From: an uncultured cyanobacterium
Lineage (GTDB): Bacteria > Cyanobacteriota > Cyanobacteriia > Cyanobacteriales > Nostocaceae
Direction of reading: 5' to 3'
DNA length: 64,000 nt
NCBI GenBank assembly: GCA_963740315.1
Contig: CAVUDP010000002.1
Span: 1,440,001 to 1,504,000, forward strand
The position numbers and the translations under genes are program-made. Of this stretch, positions 49,999-61,037 are shown one piece after another. The notes under the pieces are model-generated. The model saw nothing but the letters and a program-made list of their open reading frames with translations. It was not told where the DNA came from and ran no database searches. Numbering within the stretch: the first letter of the stretch is position 1; each line of letters opens with the position of its first letter.

Positions 49999-51387
49999 TT
50001 GATGCTCCTGATTGTGAAGGATAAGCTAGTAACGATAGCTATCAGGAGACTCTTGGGTCTTGAGAACCATAACATGATTGTTGAGAGCTTACCGAGTATA
50101 CAGGGTAAAAAGCATCTTCTTGATTTGAATCATAGAGGATTAGATGTGCAGGTTGCACAAGAGACAGTTTATAACTTTTTTTTAGAAATTGTTCAAAACT
50201 GCGAACCAGAAGATGTTCTACAAGAATTTAAAAATTTATTTATAAATTGTTTAGATTCAGGTTCTGAGTTAGGAATATACCAAATTTTTGTCGGTAGTAA
50301 CGAACCGGAGTTTCGCAATACTCTTAAACGGACTTGTTACATACTGATCAATAATTGGGAAAATCGTCGTCAGTATCAATATATTCAAAAATTAATTGAT
50401 TTATTTGCAGAATATACGCCGAAAACGACGATAGCTAGCTCTAGAAAAATTAATATTTTTAGAGCTTGGTTAACAGACTTTATTAAAAGTAAAGATTGCC
50501 AAGAACTAAAGTTATTTGCGATTAGACATGAAGAAAAAAGCAAGCTGCATTGGACAAAACGCTATAGTTCTTATTTATTATTAGCTCAGTCCACAGATAA
50601 AAATAATCCCAAAGAACAACAACAAGCAGCAAAACGTCTTTCAAAACAATTAAAAGATAAGTTTAAGTTTGAATTAGCAATGTATATTGCTCGTTCTCAA
50701 TCTTCTGCTTCTCATATTAATCGTTACCAAAATCCTAGTATGTTAGGAGATGAGGTTTTACGTTTAATTAAAGTAATTGTTGTTAGAAAAGGTGCATTCA
50801 GCCATGAAAATATTGCCAATATTTTTATTAAACAAACTAGAAATCAAACTTTAAAAGAGTTCAAAAACAGTTTATTAAAATATTTAGTATATTCGGTAAG
50901 CCAACAAGAATTTATCGAAATTTTGGAAAAACAGTTATCTGAAAAGCTTTTTGCGTGGAAAACAGACTATAACGAAGCCACAATTGATAAAAATTTGCTG
51001 TTAAGAAGTTGTAATAAAGTAATTGACTCTTTGACTTCAGAGAATGGCAAGGAGCCTTCACAGTTATTTATTTTACTACTTTCTCAAGGTAATCCAATAA
51101 CGTTAGTAATTGCATTATTGAAAATAGTTTTAATTAGCAAACACTCGCGCCGTCATTTAGAAATGCGTATTGCAAATCTAATTAATTATTATGAAACTTA
51201 TCCTGAAGAAGAGTGTAAATGGGTAATTAATTTCATAGAGATATTTAACATCACTTTTGCAATTTATGCAGAGAATGTTGAATATAATTTAATCAAAATG
51301 CAAGAAAATTCAACTGACGGTGAATCGCAAATAAATTTAGATACTTATCGAGTATTCTCTCAATTAAAATTACGTAGAAAAGAATAA
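49999..51387 (+). CDS. conserved cyanobacterial hypothetical protein (mostly helical)
   Basis: Long ORF with FRNTLKRTCYILINNW, FKFELAMY and NPSMLGD. The true start may be ATG 50074. Confidence 0.75.
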   Translation: MMLLIVKDKLVTIAIRRLLGLENHNMIVESLPSIQGKKHLLDLNHRGLDVQVAQETVYNFFLEIVQNCEPEDVLQEFKNLFINCLDSGSELGIYQIFVGSNEPEFRNTLKRTCYILINNWENRRQYQYIQKLIDLFAEYTPKTTIASSRKINIFRAWLTDFIKSKDCQELKLFAIRHEEKSKLHWTKRYSSYLLLAQSTDKNNPKEQQQAAKRLSKQLKDKFKFELAMYIARSQSSASHINRYQNPSMLGDEVLRLIKVIVVRKGAFSHENIANIFIKQTRNQTLKEFKNSLLKYLVYSVSQQEFIEILEKQLSEKLFAWKTDYNEATIDKNLLLRSCNKVIDSLTSENGKEPSQLFILLLSQGNPITLVIALLKIVLISKHSRRHLEMRIANLINYYETYPEEECKWVINFIEIFNITFAIYAENVEYNLIKMQENSTDGESQINLDTYRVFSQLKLRRKE

Positions 51388-51425
51388 TTAATTGCACCCT
51401 TTTATGTAAAGCAAATAGGTAATAA

Positions 51426-52340
51426 TTAGATAAGACGTTCATCCAGCCAAGCAAAACCAGCAGCAGCTGTTTCAGCGATAATACTAACTAAACGATACAA
51501 ACCACTAGCACTAATTATCAGTGCTGTAGGGAAAAACGGCTGTAAAAGGGCTATTGCTGTTGCTTCAAATACTCCTAAACCACCAGGCGCACCAGGAATA
51601 ACTAACCCCAGCAACCAAGAGAAACTAAATGCTCCTATTATTACAGGAAGTTGACTAAAATTAATTGGGGCTATTGCATATAAAGTAAGAATAAAACCCA
51701 ACGAACGAAGTAATAAAAATCCCAATTCTCCAAGTAAAGGTATTAATGGATAGCGATTCATACTTAAAGAAACGCCATTAAAATTACCATTTCTCGATTT
51801 TTTATTTTTTCGAGTACCAACAAAATTAATTACTGGATTAAGAAATAAAGGATGAAGCACGCAAAGCACCGCTGCCAAACCAAATATTTGTCCTATTAAT
51901 AAAAAAACTGAACCCGATTCTAAGGTAAACTGGCTGCATAAAATCACAATAACTAAAGCTGCCGCTGCCATCAATAAAGGTTCAAGTAGTACGCTTATAG
52001 TAGCAGCGCCAGTACTAACATTTAAATTTTTTGCTGCCATAATTCGTCCAATGTAATGTCCTACATTCCCTGGCAAATACTTAGCAATATTTGTCTTAAG
52101 ATAAGCTTGAATCAGTTGTATAAAACTTGTTGATTGATTAAACTCTTTAACAATCCAAGTCCATACCCACCCAGCCCAAATATGCGCTAACAAAGTTATT
52201 CCAGTCGCAGTTATTAAAATTGCCCATTCAGCCGCACCAATACGAATAGCTGCAATTTCTTGCCAATTATTTTTTAAAGCGTTTGCTAAAAAAAACAGCG
52301 TTCCACCTAAAAGTAGCCAGCGTAAAACTTGCTTAATCAT
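51426..52340 (-). CDS. UPF0104 / lysylphosphatidylglycerol synthase TM-domain (flippase-like) protein
   Basis: Multi-TM protein with NIAKYLPGNV and IPGAPGGLGVFE. ATG 52340 preferred. Confidence 0.85.
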   Translation of the reverse strand: MIKQVLRWLLLGGTLFFLANALKNNWQEIAAIRIGAAEWAILITATGITLLAHIWAGWVWTWIVKEFNQSTSFIQLIQAYLKTNIAKYLPGNVGHYIGRIMAAKNLNVSTGAATISVLLEPLLMAAAALVIVILCSQFTLESGSVFLLIGQIFGLAAVLCVLHPLFLNPVINFVGTRKNKKSRNGNFNGVSLSMNRYPLIPLLGELGFLLLRSLGFILTLYAIAPINFSQLPVIIGAFSFSWLLGLVIPGAPGGLGVFEATAIALLQPFFPTALIISASGLYRLVSIIAETAAAGFAWLDERLI

Positions 52341-52953
52341 TTCTGTAATTTTACGAATATTATTTTGACAGGCAAACACAACAAATAATATGTTAGTTCG
52401 GGCACATTACCAAGCTTCCCTAGTAACTTTATCCAAAACTTTTTAATTTTATTTTCCCTTATCAATAATTTACTTAAAAATGTTTCTTTTTTAAATAATC
52501 AAGTCGGCATTCAATTAATATTATTAAAAAAAATAGTGATTTATGTTACTTACTTTTTAGTTATGCCGATAAAAAGTTGAGCTTTAAAAATATGTAAATA
52601 ATTTTGCTTGGCTGTTAATTAAAATTAATATTTCAACTTATATCTTATAATTCACTCTTTAGATGGATTCCAAATAATATCATTTCATAACTATATATTT
52701 ATATCCTATTGCGATTAATATTTAAAACTCATATTAGATTATTTGGACTTATATCTCTCCAAAGAAAGAGAAGCAGATTGTTAAATTAGTCAAAAGATTC
52801 AGACTTTTGCTAGAGGAATTGTGAGTTTTTTTTCATGTAATGTTGACAATTGATAATCAAATTTTGCATCAACTCAAAAACGGTAACGCTTATTTACTCA
52901 AATTGTGATGTAAATCAAAAGTTACCCAGTCTAAATTTGTAAGGAGGACTTTG

Positions 52954-53421
52954 ATGAATAGTTTAACCGCGTTTTTTAAAAAATTGCGATCGCGCCAAAT
53001 TTTGACGGTGTTTGTGGCTGGTATATTATTATTTGCAACCAGCATAACTTTTAATAATAGTCAATATTCTTTAGAAGTAAATTCAAGTAATACTGCGTTA
53101 CAAGCAGATATAGCAGGGTTAGATATCAACTCGCAATTATTAATTGCTGCAAAATCTGATGGGTTGCTTTATCCCGGTGCGGAGACTCCCGCAGGTAGAA
53201 TTGCTAAAGAAAAAGAATTGCCAATCAAAGGTTTAGTTGATACTAACGCACCTAAAGCTGGTGGATTAAATCAACGTAAAGGAGACTTTGGCGATCGCGT
53301 TGAAGGAAGACTTGATGCTGTCAAAGATACGTTCACAGAAGCTTCAGGTTTTTTACAAGATAAAGCCGAAGAAGCAAACGCCAGACCTGAAATCCAGAAA
53401 AATCCAGCGTTAGGTAGATAA
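52954..53421 (+). CDS. hypothetical exported or membrane-anchored protein
   Basis: AGGAGG RBS and N-terminal anchor RQILTVFVAGILLF. Confidence 0.7.
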   Translation: MNSLTAFFKKLRSRQILTVFVAGILLFATSITFNNSQYSLEVNSSNTALQADIAGLDINSQLLIAAKSDGLLYPGAETPAGRIAKEKELPIKGLVDTNAPKAGGLNQRKGDFGDRVEGRLDAVKDTFTEASGFLQDKAEEANARPEIQKNPALGR

Positions 53422-53519
53422 AATCCATTCTTTAACTACTAAAGAAGACGCGGAATAGAAAAAAGACTCATGGTTCTTTTTCAAGTTACAATTCAATCAC
53501 TCAAAAAAGGAAGTAAAGC

Positions 53520-54107
53520 ATGAATAAAGTATTTTCTGCAATTAGAAAGATTCAAATTAAGCAGATTGTAACTGCTTTTGTATTAGGAGCTTTGCTGTTT
53601 GTTACCCAAGCTTGTAGTTCTGTGGATGCGAAATCTCCCGATTCAAACTATCGAGGAGGAATGAATCAGTATAGCGATGTAGATCCTAGAAGCAAAGATG
53701 CTGAAGCAGCAGCAAATGTGAAAGCTAAGGGTTTGAAAGATAATGCTGAAGTAAACGAAATCGATCAAACTGGTAGCTTGTCGGGTAACACTCGCCGCAC
53801 TTTAGATAAGAAAGGGGAAAACCTAGAAGATTTAGGTAAAAACCTTAAAGAAAGTGGACGATACGCAGCAGATAAAACACAAGAAAAAGCTGAAAACTTT
53901 GCTGAAGGTACCAAGCGAGGATTTGAAAATATCAAAGAAAATACCTCTGATGCTTTTGGTAAACTCACCAACAATGCAGGTGATGCTGCTGAAGATGCAA
54001 AATTAGGTACTCAGCGTGCTGCTAGAGATGCAAAATTAGGTACTAAACGTGCTGCTGAAGATGCTGGTAATTCAGTACAAAGAACATTGAGAGATGCAGT
54101 TAATTAA
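53520..54107 (+). CDS. LEA-like hydrophilic lipoprotein
   Basis: Lipobox-like TQAC, YRGGMNQYSDVDPR and 11-mer repeats AAEDAKLGTQR / AARDAKLGTKR. Confidence 0.72.
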   Translation: MNKVFSAIRKIQIKQIVTAFVLGALLFVTQACSSVDAKSPDSNYRGGMNQYSDVDPRSKDAEAAANVKAKGLKDNAEVNEIDQTGSLSGNTRRTLDKKGENLEDLGKNLKESGRYAADKTQEKAENFAEGTKRGFENIKENTSDAFGKLTNNAGDAAEDAKLGTQRAARDAKLGTKRAAEDAGNSVQRTLRDAVN

Positions 54108-54140
54108 TAAAATTTAGTAAAAGTATTTAGTTAACTTTTA

Positions 54141-54177
54141 ATTGGGTGGGGTAAACAAAGCCTGCCCAATTTTTTTA
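54141..54177. terminator. terminator between convergent genes
   Basis: ATTGGGTGGG...CCTGCCCAAT followed by a T run. Confidence 0.65.
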
Positions 54178-54202
54178 TGAGTAGGGAACAGAGGAAAAAT
54201 CG

Positions 54203-55492
54203 CTACTCTCGATTTTTTGAATACCAAACTTGTAATGCTAACCTGTGAATTTCTTGCCAGGGAATGCCATATTTTTGTGCTAACTCCGCACAGTCTGCAT
54301 ATTCAGGATGTACGTTGGCGATCGCTTTATCTTTTACGGTTCCCCTCCAAGCTACTTTAATTCTAACTTTGCCATATTCAGTTTCTAACTGTTGAATTTC
54401 TCTTTGAAGTACGGCGCGTTGTTGGGTAAAACGACGAATTCCTAATGTGGTAGTTTCGCGAAATAAAACTGTTTCACATTCAACTAAGTTTTCTGGATGA
54501 CAAATAACAGTTAACAAAATTCCCGGACGAGATTTTTTCATTCCTACTGCTTGAGTAAAAACATCTACCGCTCCAACTGCAAATAAAGCTTCAAATATAT
54601 AACCAATTGCTTGAGGACTGATATCATCGACTTGTGTTTCTAAAACCGAAATGTTTTCTAAATAAGGACTAATCTCATTTTGAGATTGCCCAACAGCTTT
54701 TTCGCGGGTATTAGGATTAATCTCATTTTCTGTACTTGCTTCGCCTAGCCAAATACGTAAAATATTCGGTATTTCTAAATCTAAATTACCCGCACCCATA
54801 CCTACTTTTTCCAGAGTCATAGTTGGTGGTGAACCAAAGGAAGTAGCCAGAGTTGTTACAATAGCCGCACCTGTTGGTGTAACTAATTCCCGTTCGATAC
54901 CGTTGCTGTAAACGGGGCATTTTCGCATTTCCCATAATTTTAATACCGCAGGTACGGGTACAGCCATGATTCCATGTGCGGCGCGTACAGTTCCTCCGCC
55001 AGTCGGCAGCTTAGAGCAGTATAGTAAAGGTAATCCCTCATTACAGGTGTCAATACCCAACCAATCTAAACCCAAACAAGTACCGACAATATCCACAATG
55101 GCATCTACAGCACCGACTTCATGAAAATGAACTTTTTCAGGGGCTATACCGTGTACCGCGCCTTCTGCGATCGCTAACTGTCGGAATATCGCTAAACTCC
55201 AAGCTTCAGCTTTTGGGGGTAAACCTGCTTTTTCGATAATTTGCTCAATTTCCGGTAAATGTCGTCCGTGATGGTGGTGATGATGATTTTCGATCAAATC
55301 TACATGAACTTTAGTTGCTTGTTGATTTTTGCGGCTTACAAGTTCAGTCCACAATTTATATTCTTGTTCAATTCCTAACTTATTAAGATGTTCGATTAAA
55401 TATTCAACACTTACTCCCAAGCTTACTAAAGCACCCAAACACATATCACCAGAAATTCCAGTTGGACATTGAAAATAAGCAATTTTATTCAT
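54203..55492 (-). CDS. larC: nickel pincer cofactor biosynthesis protein LarC
   Basis: GISGDMCLGAL, a His tract, VHFHEVGAVDAIVDI, ELVTPTGAA and ETTTLGIR. Confidence 0.92.
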   Translation of the reverse strand: MNKIAYFQCPTGISGDMCLGALVSLGVSVEYLIEHLNKLGIEQEYKLWTELVSRKNQQATKVHVDLIENHHHHHHGRHLPEIEQIIEKAGLPPKAEAWSLAIFRQLAIAEGAVHGIAPEKVHFHEVGAVDAIVDIVGTCLGLDWLGIDTCNEGLPLLYCSKLPTGGGTVRAAHGIMAVPVPAVLKLWEMRKCPVYSNGIERELVTPTGAAIVTTLATSFGSPPTMTLEKVGMGAGNLDLEIPNILRIWLGEASTENEINPNTREKAVGQSQNEISPYLENISVLETQVDDISPQAIGYIFEALFAVGAVDVFTQAVGMKKSRPGILLTVICHPENLVECETVLFRETTTLGIRRFTQQRAVLQREIQQLETEYGKVRIKVAWRGTVKDKAIANVHPEYADCAELAQKYGIPWQEIHRLALQVWYSKNRE

Positions 55493-55598
55493 GATCGCAG
55501 TTGAATGATTTTTAACAAGAAATTAGAAATTAGAAATTAGAAATAAACTTTGACTTTTGGCTTTTGATTAAATTTATTAAATACTCAATTTTTCGTTC

Positions 55599-56255
55599 AT
55601 GGCAAAAATTTTTACTCTCCATCCTGATAATCCCCAAAATCGTCGAATAGAAGATATTGTTGCAGCCTTAAAAGGTGGCGCAATTATGCTTTACCCTACC
55701 GATACAGTCTACGCCATCGGTTGCGATTTGAATGTTAAGTCGGCGGTACAACGGGTACGTCAAATAAAGCAGCTAGCTAATGAGAAACCACTGACATTTC
55801 TATGCCCTTCTCTGTCAAACGTGGCTACTTATGCTTTTGTGAATAATGCGGCTTATCGGATCATGAAGCATCTGATTCCGGGAACTTACACGTTTTTACT
55901 ACCCGCTACCAAGTTGGTACCGCGATTGGTTCAGAACCCAAAACGTAAAACTACTGGAATCCGAGTACCGGATCATGCGGTTTGTTTGTCGTTGTTAGAG
56001 GCTTTGGGAAACCCGATTATTTCAACTTCGGCGCACGTACCCCCGAATGACGCTGATGATGAAGACACGTGGGTAGAACAAGAACTTTTATCACGAGTAG
56101 AGTTATTTGACCGGATGGAAGGTTTGGTCGATGTAATTATAGATACCGGAAAAGAACCCGGTTATCAAGTGTCAACCATTTTGGATTTAACTGAAGAACA
56201 GCCAACAGTTGTACGCCAGGGTTTGGGTTGGGAAGAAGCCGTAGGGTGGATATAA
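55599..56255 (+). CDS. Sua5/YciO/YrdC family (threonylcarbamoyl-AMP synthase-like) protein
   Basis: YPTDTVYAIGC, KPLTFLC, GIRVPD, PIISTSA and STILDL. Confidence 0.92.
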   Translation: MAKIFTLHPDNPQNRRIEDIVAALKGGAIMLYPTDTVYAIGCDLNVKSAVQRVRQIKQLANEKPLTFLCPSLSNVATYAFVNNAAYRIMKHLIPGTYTFLLPATKLVPRLVQNPKRKTTGIRVPDHAVCLSLLEALGNPIISTSAHVPPNDADDEDTWVEQELLSRVELFDRMEGLVDVIIDTGKEPGYQVSTILDLTEEQPTVVRQGLGWEEAVGWI

Positions 56256-56725
56256 GGATTTTGGATTTTGGATTGGAAATTATTAGTTTTGTCTGTATGG
56301 GAGTTCAGATATCAGCGACTATCCGTCGTTGGTACAAAACTGCCAACTTTTATGCAGCTGCTTTATTATGTGTGGATATGAAAAAATCTTCGCCTAAAAT
56401 GAAGCTCTGTTTAACTAATTTTGGTACTCCAATTTCCAAATTGTCACATTCATCAAGCTAAAATAGGGTAGGGGGTACTAAGTGGTAAAGCCTTATCTAA
56501 TAAAGCTTTGAAGCCATTTTAAGTACTTATACTCAGTAGTGTGACAGTCGCATTTTGAAGAAACTCTAAGAAAGCGACACACCGGGCTATCCGGAACTTA
56601 CGGATATTTCTTACATTCATAAGTGTGAGCAGTGCTGATGGCGACTCTTGAATAACGCTCAAGATTTTTGCCTCCTACACACTCACCGACCTATCTAGTT
56701 ACGGTGCAGTACCACTCCTAAAAAA

Positions 56726-57949
56726 ATGATGAAAACAAACATTGCGAATCTACCTACTTCTACATCTACATCTACTGCTGAAAACGAAGCTGCTTTAGAA
56801 TCACAGGATAATAACAATGCATTAATTCAGCAGATATGTCAAGAGCTTGAATCAACTGTTAAAGCTACCCCTGCTACTATTCAAGTAGTCGCCACGCGCA
56901 TAGCCAAAGAAGTAGAACGTATTTGCGAGAAAAGCTACCGCATTCAATCATCCGGACAAGTTAAATCTTGGTTATTTAGTTTAGCTCGGCATCGCTTGCA
57001 AAAGTGTTCGCATTACTGTCAATTAGGTTCCAGACGCGGACGGGTAGAGTTACATAGCACCCTTGGTTCTATGGTTTACCGCCACATTAATCTACCCGGT
57101 TGTCAATTGGGTTTTGATGCGCGTTACAGCTTGATTGAAGATTTTCTCCAAGCATTTTATATAGAAGCTATCAAAGCCTTTCGTCGGGAAAACCAATTAC
57201 CCCAAGACTACACTCCCCGCACTCGGCTGCAATTAGGAGAGTACATGGCATTTACCGAACAGTATGCTAAACGTCGTATTTCTCTACCAGGCAACGCTAA
57301 CCAGCAGTTAATCATACTCCGCGCTCAAGGGTTTAGCCGCCGTTTGCCTCAAGAAACTACCGTGGATATGGAAATGGCGTTAGAATCCGCCAAATCCGAA
57401 GATGCTGAAGCTTATCAACGTAGTGGAGCAGTCCAACAAGTGCGATCGCAAATGGTTGCAAAATCCACTTTTGACCCAGCAGAGGAAGCGGAACGCGATC
57501 GCGTTGTCTCTGAGTTGGTGAATTACCTGCAAGCTCAAGGTCAAAGTGACTGTGTAGATTACTTATCCTTGAAACTGCAAGACCTCAGCGCCCCCGAAAT
57601 CGACCGGATTCTGGGTTTAACTAGCCGTCAGCGCGACTATCTACAGCAACGCTTTAAGTACCATGTAGAAAAGTTTGCCCGTACCCACAATTGGCAATTA
57701 GTACACCAGTGGTTGGGTGCAACTTTGGAGCAAAAATTGGGAATGTCTTCCACTCAGTGGGATGCTTTTGTCGGTCAACTTTCCGAACCACAACGTCAAA
57801 TGTTGGAGTTGAAAAGCGCCAAACAAAGCGACCAAGTAATTGCAAAAGAACTCAAATGTACTCCCAAGCAACTACAAAAGCGTTGGACTAAGTTGTTAGA
57901 AATGGCATGGTCTATCCGTAACGGTAATAGTGAAGTTCAAGCAGGTTAA
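56726..57949 (+). CDS. HetZ-related transcription factor-like protein
   Basis: RIAKEVERIC.KS.RIQ, GRVELHSTL, EYMAFTEQYAKRRI, LGLTSRQRDYLQQRFKYH and LVHQWL, plus a second C-terminal HTH. Confidence 0.82.
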   Translation: MMKTNIANLPTSTSTSTAENEAALESQDNNNALIQQICQELESTVKATPATIQVVATRIAKEVERICEKSYRIQSSGQVKSWLFSLARHRLQKCSHYCQLGSRRGRVELHSTLGSMVYRHINLPGCQLGFDARYSLIEDFLQAFYIEAIKAFRRENQLPQDYTPRTRLQLGEYMAFTEQYAKRRISLPGNANQQLIILRAQGFSRRLPQETTVDMEMALESAKSEDAEAYQRSGAVQQVRSQMVAKSTFDPAEEAERDRVVSELVNYLQAQGQSDCVDYLSLKLQDLSAPEIDRILGLTSRQRDYLQQRFKYHVEKFARTHNWQLVHQWLGATLEQKLGMSSTQWDAFVGQLSEPQRQMLELKSAKQSDQVIAKELKCTPKQLQKRWTKLLEMAWSIRNGNSEVQAG

Positions 57950-58740
57950 ATAGGGTTAATAATATCTAAATTCACCATCGCTTTTAAACTCTTTACAATT
58001 ACTATAGATGATTGAAAAAAGCATTCAAACAGTGAAAATACTCCAACTATCCCCTACAAATCTAAATAACAACTTGTTAGTTTTTTAGGGGAAATCAGGA
58101 GGCTCTACTAAAATAATTGCATCCGTTAAACTGCGTTCATTGTTTGCATACTTTAATTCTAAATTAATACTTCACCCTCAACATACAGATATATTATGTT
58201 ATTGTTACTTCTTATTTATTAAAATATCCAAGACGCATTTCAAAGCATATCAAGATTTTAAAGTATTTTCTCACGTTACAAAAAAGGGAATTTATTTTAA
58301 ACTCAGTATTATATATAAGTGAGAGATTTACCTTACTCTCGTTATAATTTAAATGAGTAAGTACGAAAAATCTACGGTTAATAAAAAAAATACTGTATGC
58401 GTTGGCGGCTGACTCAAAACAGGAGTATCTATTTAGCGGGGATGTTCGCGAAATGAGTCGTTAGACTAAAGCTACTCGCAGGTTTTAACAATACATAAAT
58501 ATGATATTATTAGTTCAATAAGCAGGCAGCGTAATAAGCATATTTGAACGATATGCAGCGCGATCTAATCTAACGATTAAGTTCTACTGTGAAAGACAAA
58601 ACCTTACGGATGCTATTCCGAGTAGGGAAGGGCATTCCCCAATTTACACTGGCTGGAGTTGAAACCTCTACGCTGCGTAGGAGAAATCCTGATTGGGCAA
58701 TTGAGGGTGAACTGTCAAAAAAAGAAACTTTAAAAAAAAG

Positions 58741-58953
58741 ATGTTTGATGGTTTTTGGGATAACGTTTCTCGCTACCCCCGCTACTTAATAACTACCGCG
58801 TTGGGTATATTTCTGAATGCTTTTGGCTGGTTGGAGCCAGTATTTAAACGCCCTATCACTTCGATTATTTTTGTCGGATTCTTAGTAGGGATTCTCGTTT
58901 TTATTTCTTTTACCCTGCGTGCAATGCTTGGGTTAAGTACAATGTCCTCTTAG
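58741..58953 (+). CDS. DUF751 family small membrane protein
   Basis: [14 protein letters not shown]...TLRAMLG; lies upstream of rbfA. Confidence 0.85.
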   Translation: MFDGFWDNVSRYPRYLITTALGIFLNAFGWLEPVFKRPITSIIFVGFLVGILVFISFTLRAMLGLSTMSS

Positions 58954-59041
58954 TAAGCTCTCATTTATGCCGGGATTTAACCCCCACATAAATGAGAGCC
59001 AAATTTTCTGTAGTAAAACCTCTGGACGGGAGGCTATTTTT

Positions 59042-59434
59042 ATGGCTACTAATCGCCGCGTTTCCCGCGTTGCTGAATTGATTAAACGGGAAGTTAGCCT
59101 GATGTTGATTAACGGCATTAAAGACGATCGAGTGGGTACGGGAATGGTCAGCGTTACTGATGTAAATGTTTCTGGCGATTTACAACACGCTAAAATCTAC
59201 GTTTCAATTTATGGTTCTGATGAAGCCAAAGAAGAAACAATGGCTGGCTTAAAATCAGCGACTGGTTACGTCCGCAGCGAACTTGGTTCAAGAATCCGTT
59301 TACGCCGTACCCCAGAAGTAATTTTCTTGGAAGACCTTTCAATTGAAAGAGGTAACAGGGTACTATCGCTTCTGGACAAAATTAAAAGTAAAGAAAAGTC
59401 AGAATTTCAAGAACAAGCAGAAGATGTGGATTAG
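59042..59434 (+). CDS. rbfA: ribosome-binding factor A
   Basis: [19 protein letters not shown]...[10 protein letters not shown]...[11 protein letters not shown], with GGAGG RBS before ATG 59042. Confidence 0.96.
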   Translation: MATNRRVSRVAELIKREVSLMLINGIKDDRVGTGMVSVTDVNVSGDLQHAKIYVSIYGSDEAKEETMAGLKSATGYVRSELGSRIRLRRTPEVIFLEDLSIERGNRVLSLLDKIKSKEKSEFQEQAEDVD

Positions 59435-60556
59435 CTGAACTAATTGATTAACTGTTGAAGTTGGAAAGCATGACAATTACTAATTTTTAATCGAAACTTA
59501 ACCAAACTTATAAGCAGGCGTAACCTCCGTTACGTCTGTTTCTGTTTCTATAGGAGCCTGATGTTAAAGGTTGCTCGACTTATCTGCTATTCGGTTATGA
59601 TTACCGCTGAATCGAGGGAGTAGGGAATAGGAACTAGGGAATATTGATGTGGTTTCTAAGGCTGTAATTCACACTAGTTTTTTCGATTTAATGGTGAGGG
59701 CTTACGCTTTACCACTTTTATTCGCTATTATACGAAATCTATTATCATACATTGTTCTATACACTTGTTATCAGTTAATTTTATACGCTTTACTGAAGTT
59801 AACAATATGTCATCCTATAATTTACGTAAATCGATCGGACTTAAGAAAGTAACATACTGTAAAATATAAGACAATAATTAGATATACATCATACTGCTTA
59901 CGCAAACAATATAGATGGCTGAAATTGATAAATAGTCAACACAAACCATGCTCAGCCTAATTTAAAGGCATCTCGCCTTGTTACAGCTATCTGTCAAAGA
60001 AGATTTGATTTATAATAGTGCTTTACTTAACAGAGCAATTACTTATCTGTTTAAGAAATTATTAACAGTAGATACGTATCAGGCTTTCATGGTGTAACTT
60101 AGCCTTTATGTCAAGCAATAGATTATACAGGTTATTTTTGTTTACATTTTTTTTAATGCTTGTTCCCCTACGGACAGATGCATTTAAGTTTAATCATTGC
60201 TATAGATAAGCTATTCCAACCATAATCCCGTTCGCAAACGGTTAAATTATGCCATTTGATTAATTTTATCTACTTAACGATGCTTAATAACTTCTTCATC
60301 CTCCCTTTAGGAGCATACTTACTTAAATGTTATATTTAGTACTTGAGTCCAAAATATTTTGTAAAAGTAAAAAGAATGTCATAATATCATGAGATATTTA
60401 ACATATCTTTATATTTTTTGAGGTTTTATAGCGTCAGAATGAAATCAGTTCCGTATAGCAAATTACAAAAAAATAGTAGCGAATTGGTTTAATACCTTGT
60501 TCGTTTCGGTTAAATTTTGGGAATAATACTTACGTGTAAAATAGCGAGTAGCAATT

Positions 60557-60790
60557 ATGAGTGTGAATACGGTGCCTTCTATCAATTACTCTTTAGATGT
60601 GATTCAGGATGAAGCGCGGCGATTGGTTCAAAAAGGAGTAGTTAGCCGACAGCAGCCTATATATACGTTGTGTCAGTACATACCGGCAAGAGAGTGGGTT
60701 TGCATCGAATGCGAGTTAGAAAAATGTGAATTTCTGCTGCGCGATCGCATAGCGGATCTAATTGGCAGGGAAGTGTGGGAAAACGACTAA
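60557..60790 (+). CDS. DUF4327 family protein
   Basis: YSLDVIQDEARRLV..G.VSRQQPIY...WEND. Confidence 0.85.
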   Translation: MSVNTVPSINYSLDVIQDEARRLVQKGVVSRQQPIYTLCQYIPAREWVCIECELEKCEFLLRDRIADLIGREVWEND

Positions 60791-60957
60791 CTTAAATGTT
60801 GGTAGTGACGGATATTGTGGGTGCTTAACTTGAACTAAATAATATTCAATGCTTAGTCAGCTATAGAATCTCTGTTTTTAATCTGAAAAATCGCGTCAAA
60901 GCTTATTGCTTCTACGTTATCTGTAGAAGTAAAAGTAATTTTAGAAAAATTTAAAGT

Positions 60958-61037
60958 CAGCACGTCCTAAATAAGCCATTTCCAACGTTAGCGGTTCGAG
61001 TATGGCTTATAGATTAGGGGGTGCTGTCTTTTTTTTT
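60958..61037 (+). terminator. long hairpin with a T9 tail (terminator or sRNA 3' end)
   Basis: CAGCAC..CCTAA-ATAAGCCAT ... ATGGCTTAT...TTAGG..GTGCTG followed by TCTTTTTTTTT. Confidence 0.6.

Noticed and set aside
54203..55492. larC without other lar genes nearby
   Set aside because: Dispersed larB/C/E genes are common in cyanobacteria, so this is not unusual.
59604..59645. CGCTGAATC as the start of a c-di-AMP (ydaO) riboswitch
   Set aside because: The downstream conserved elements are absent; it is followed by TAGGGAA-type STRR units.
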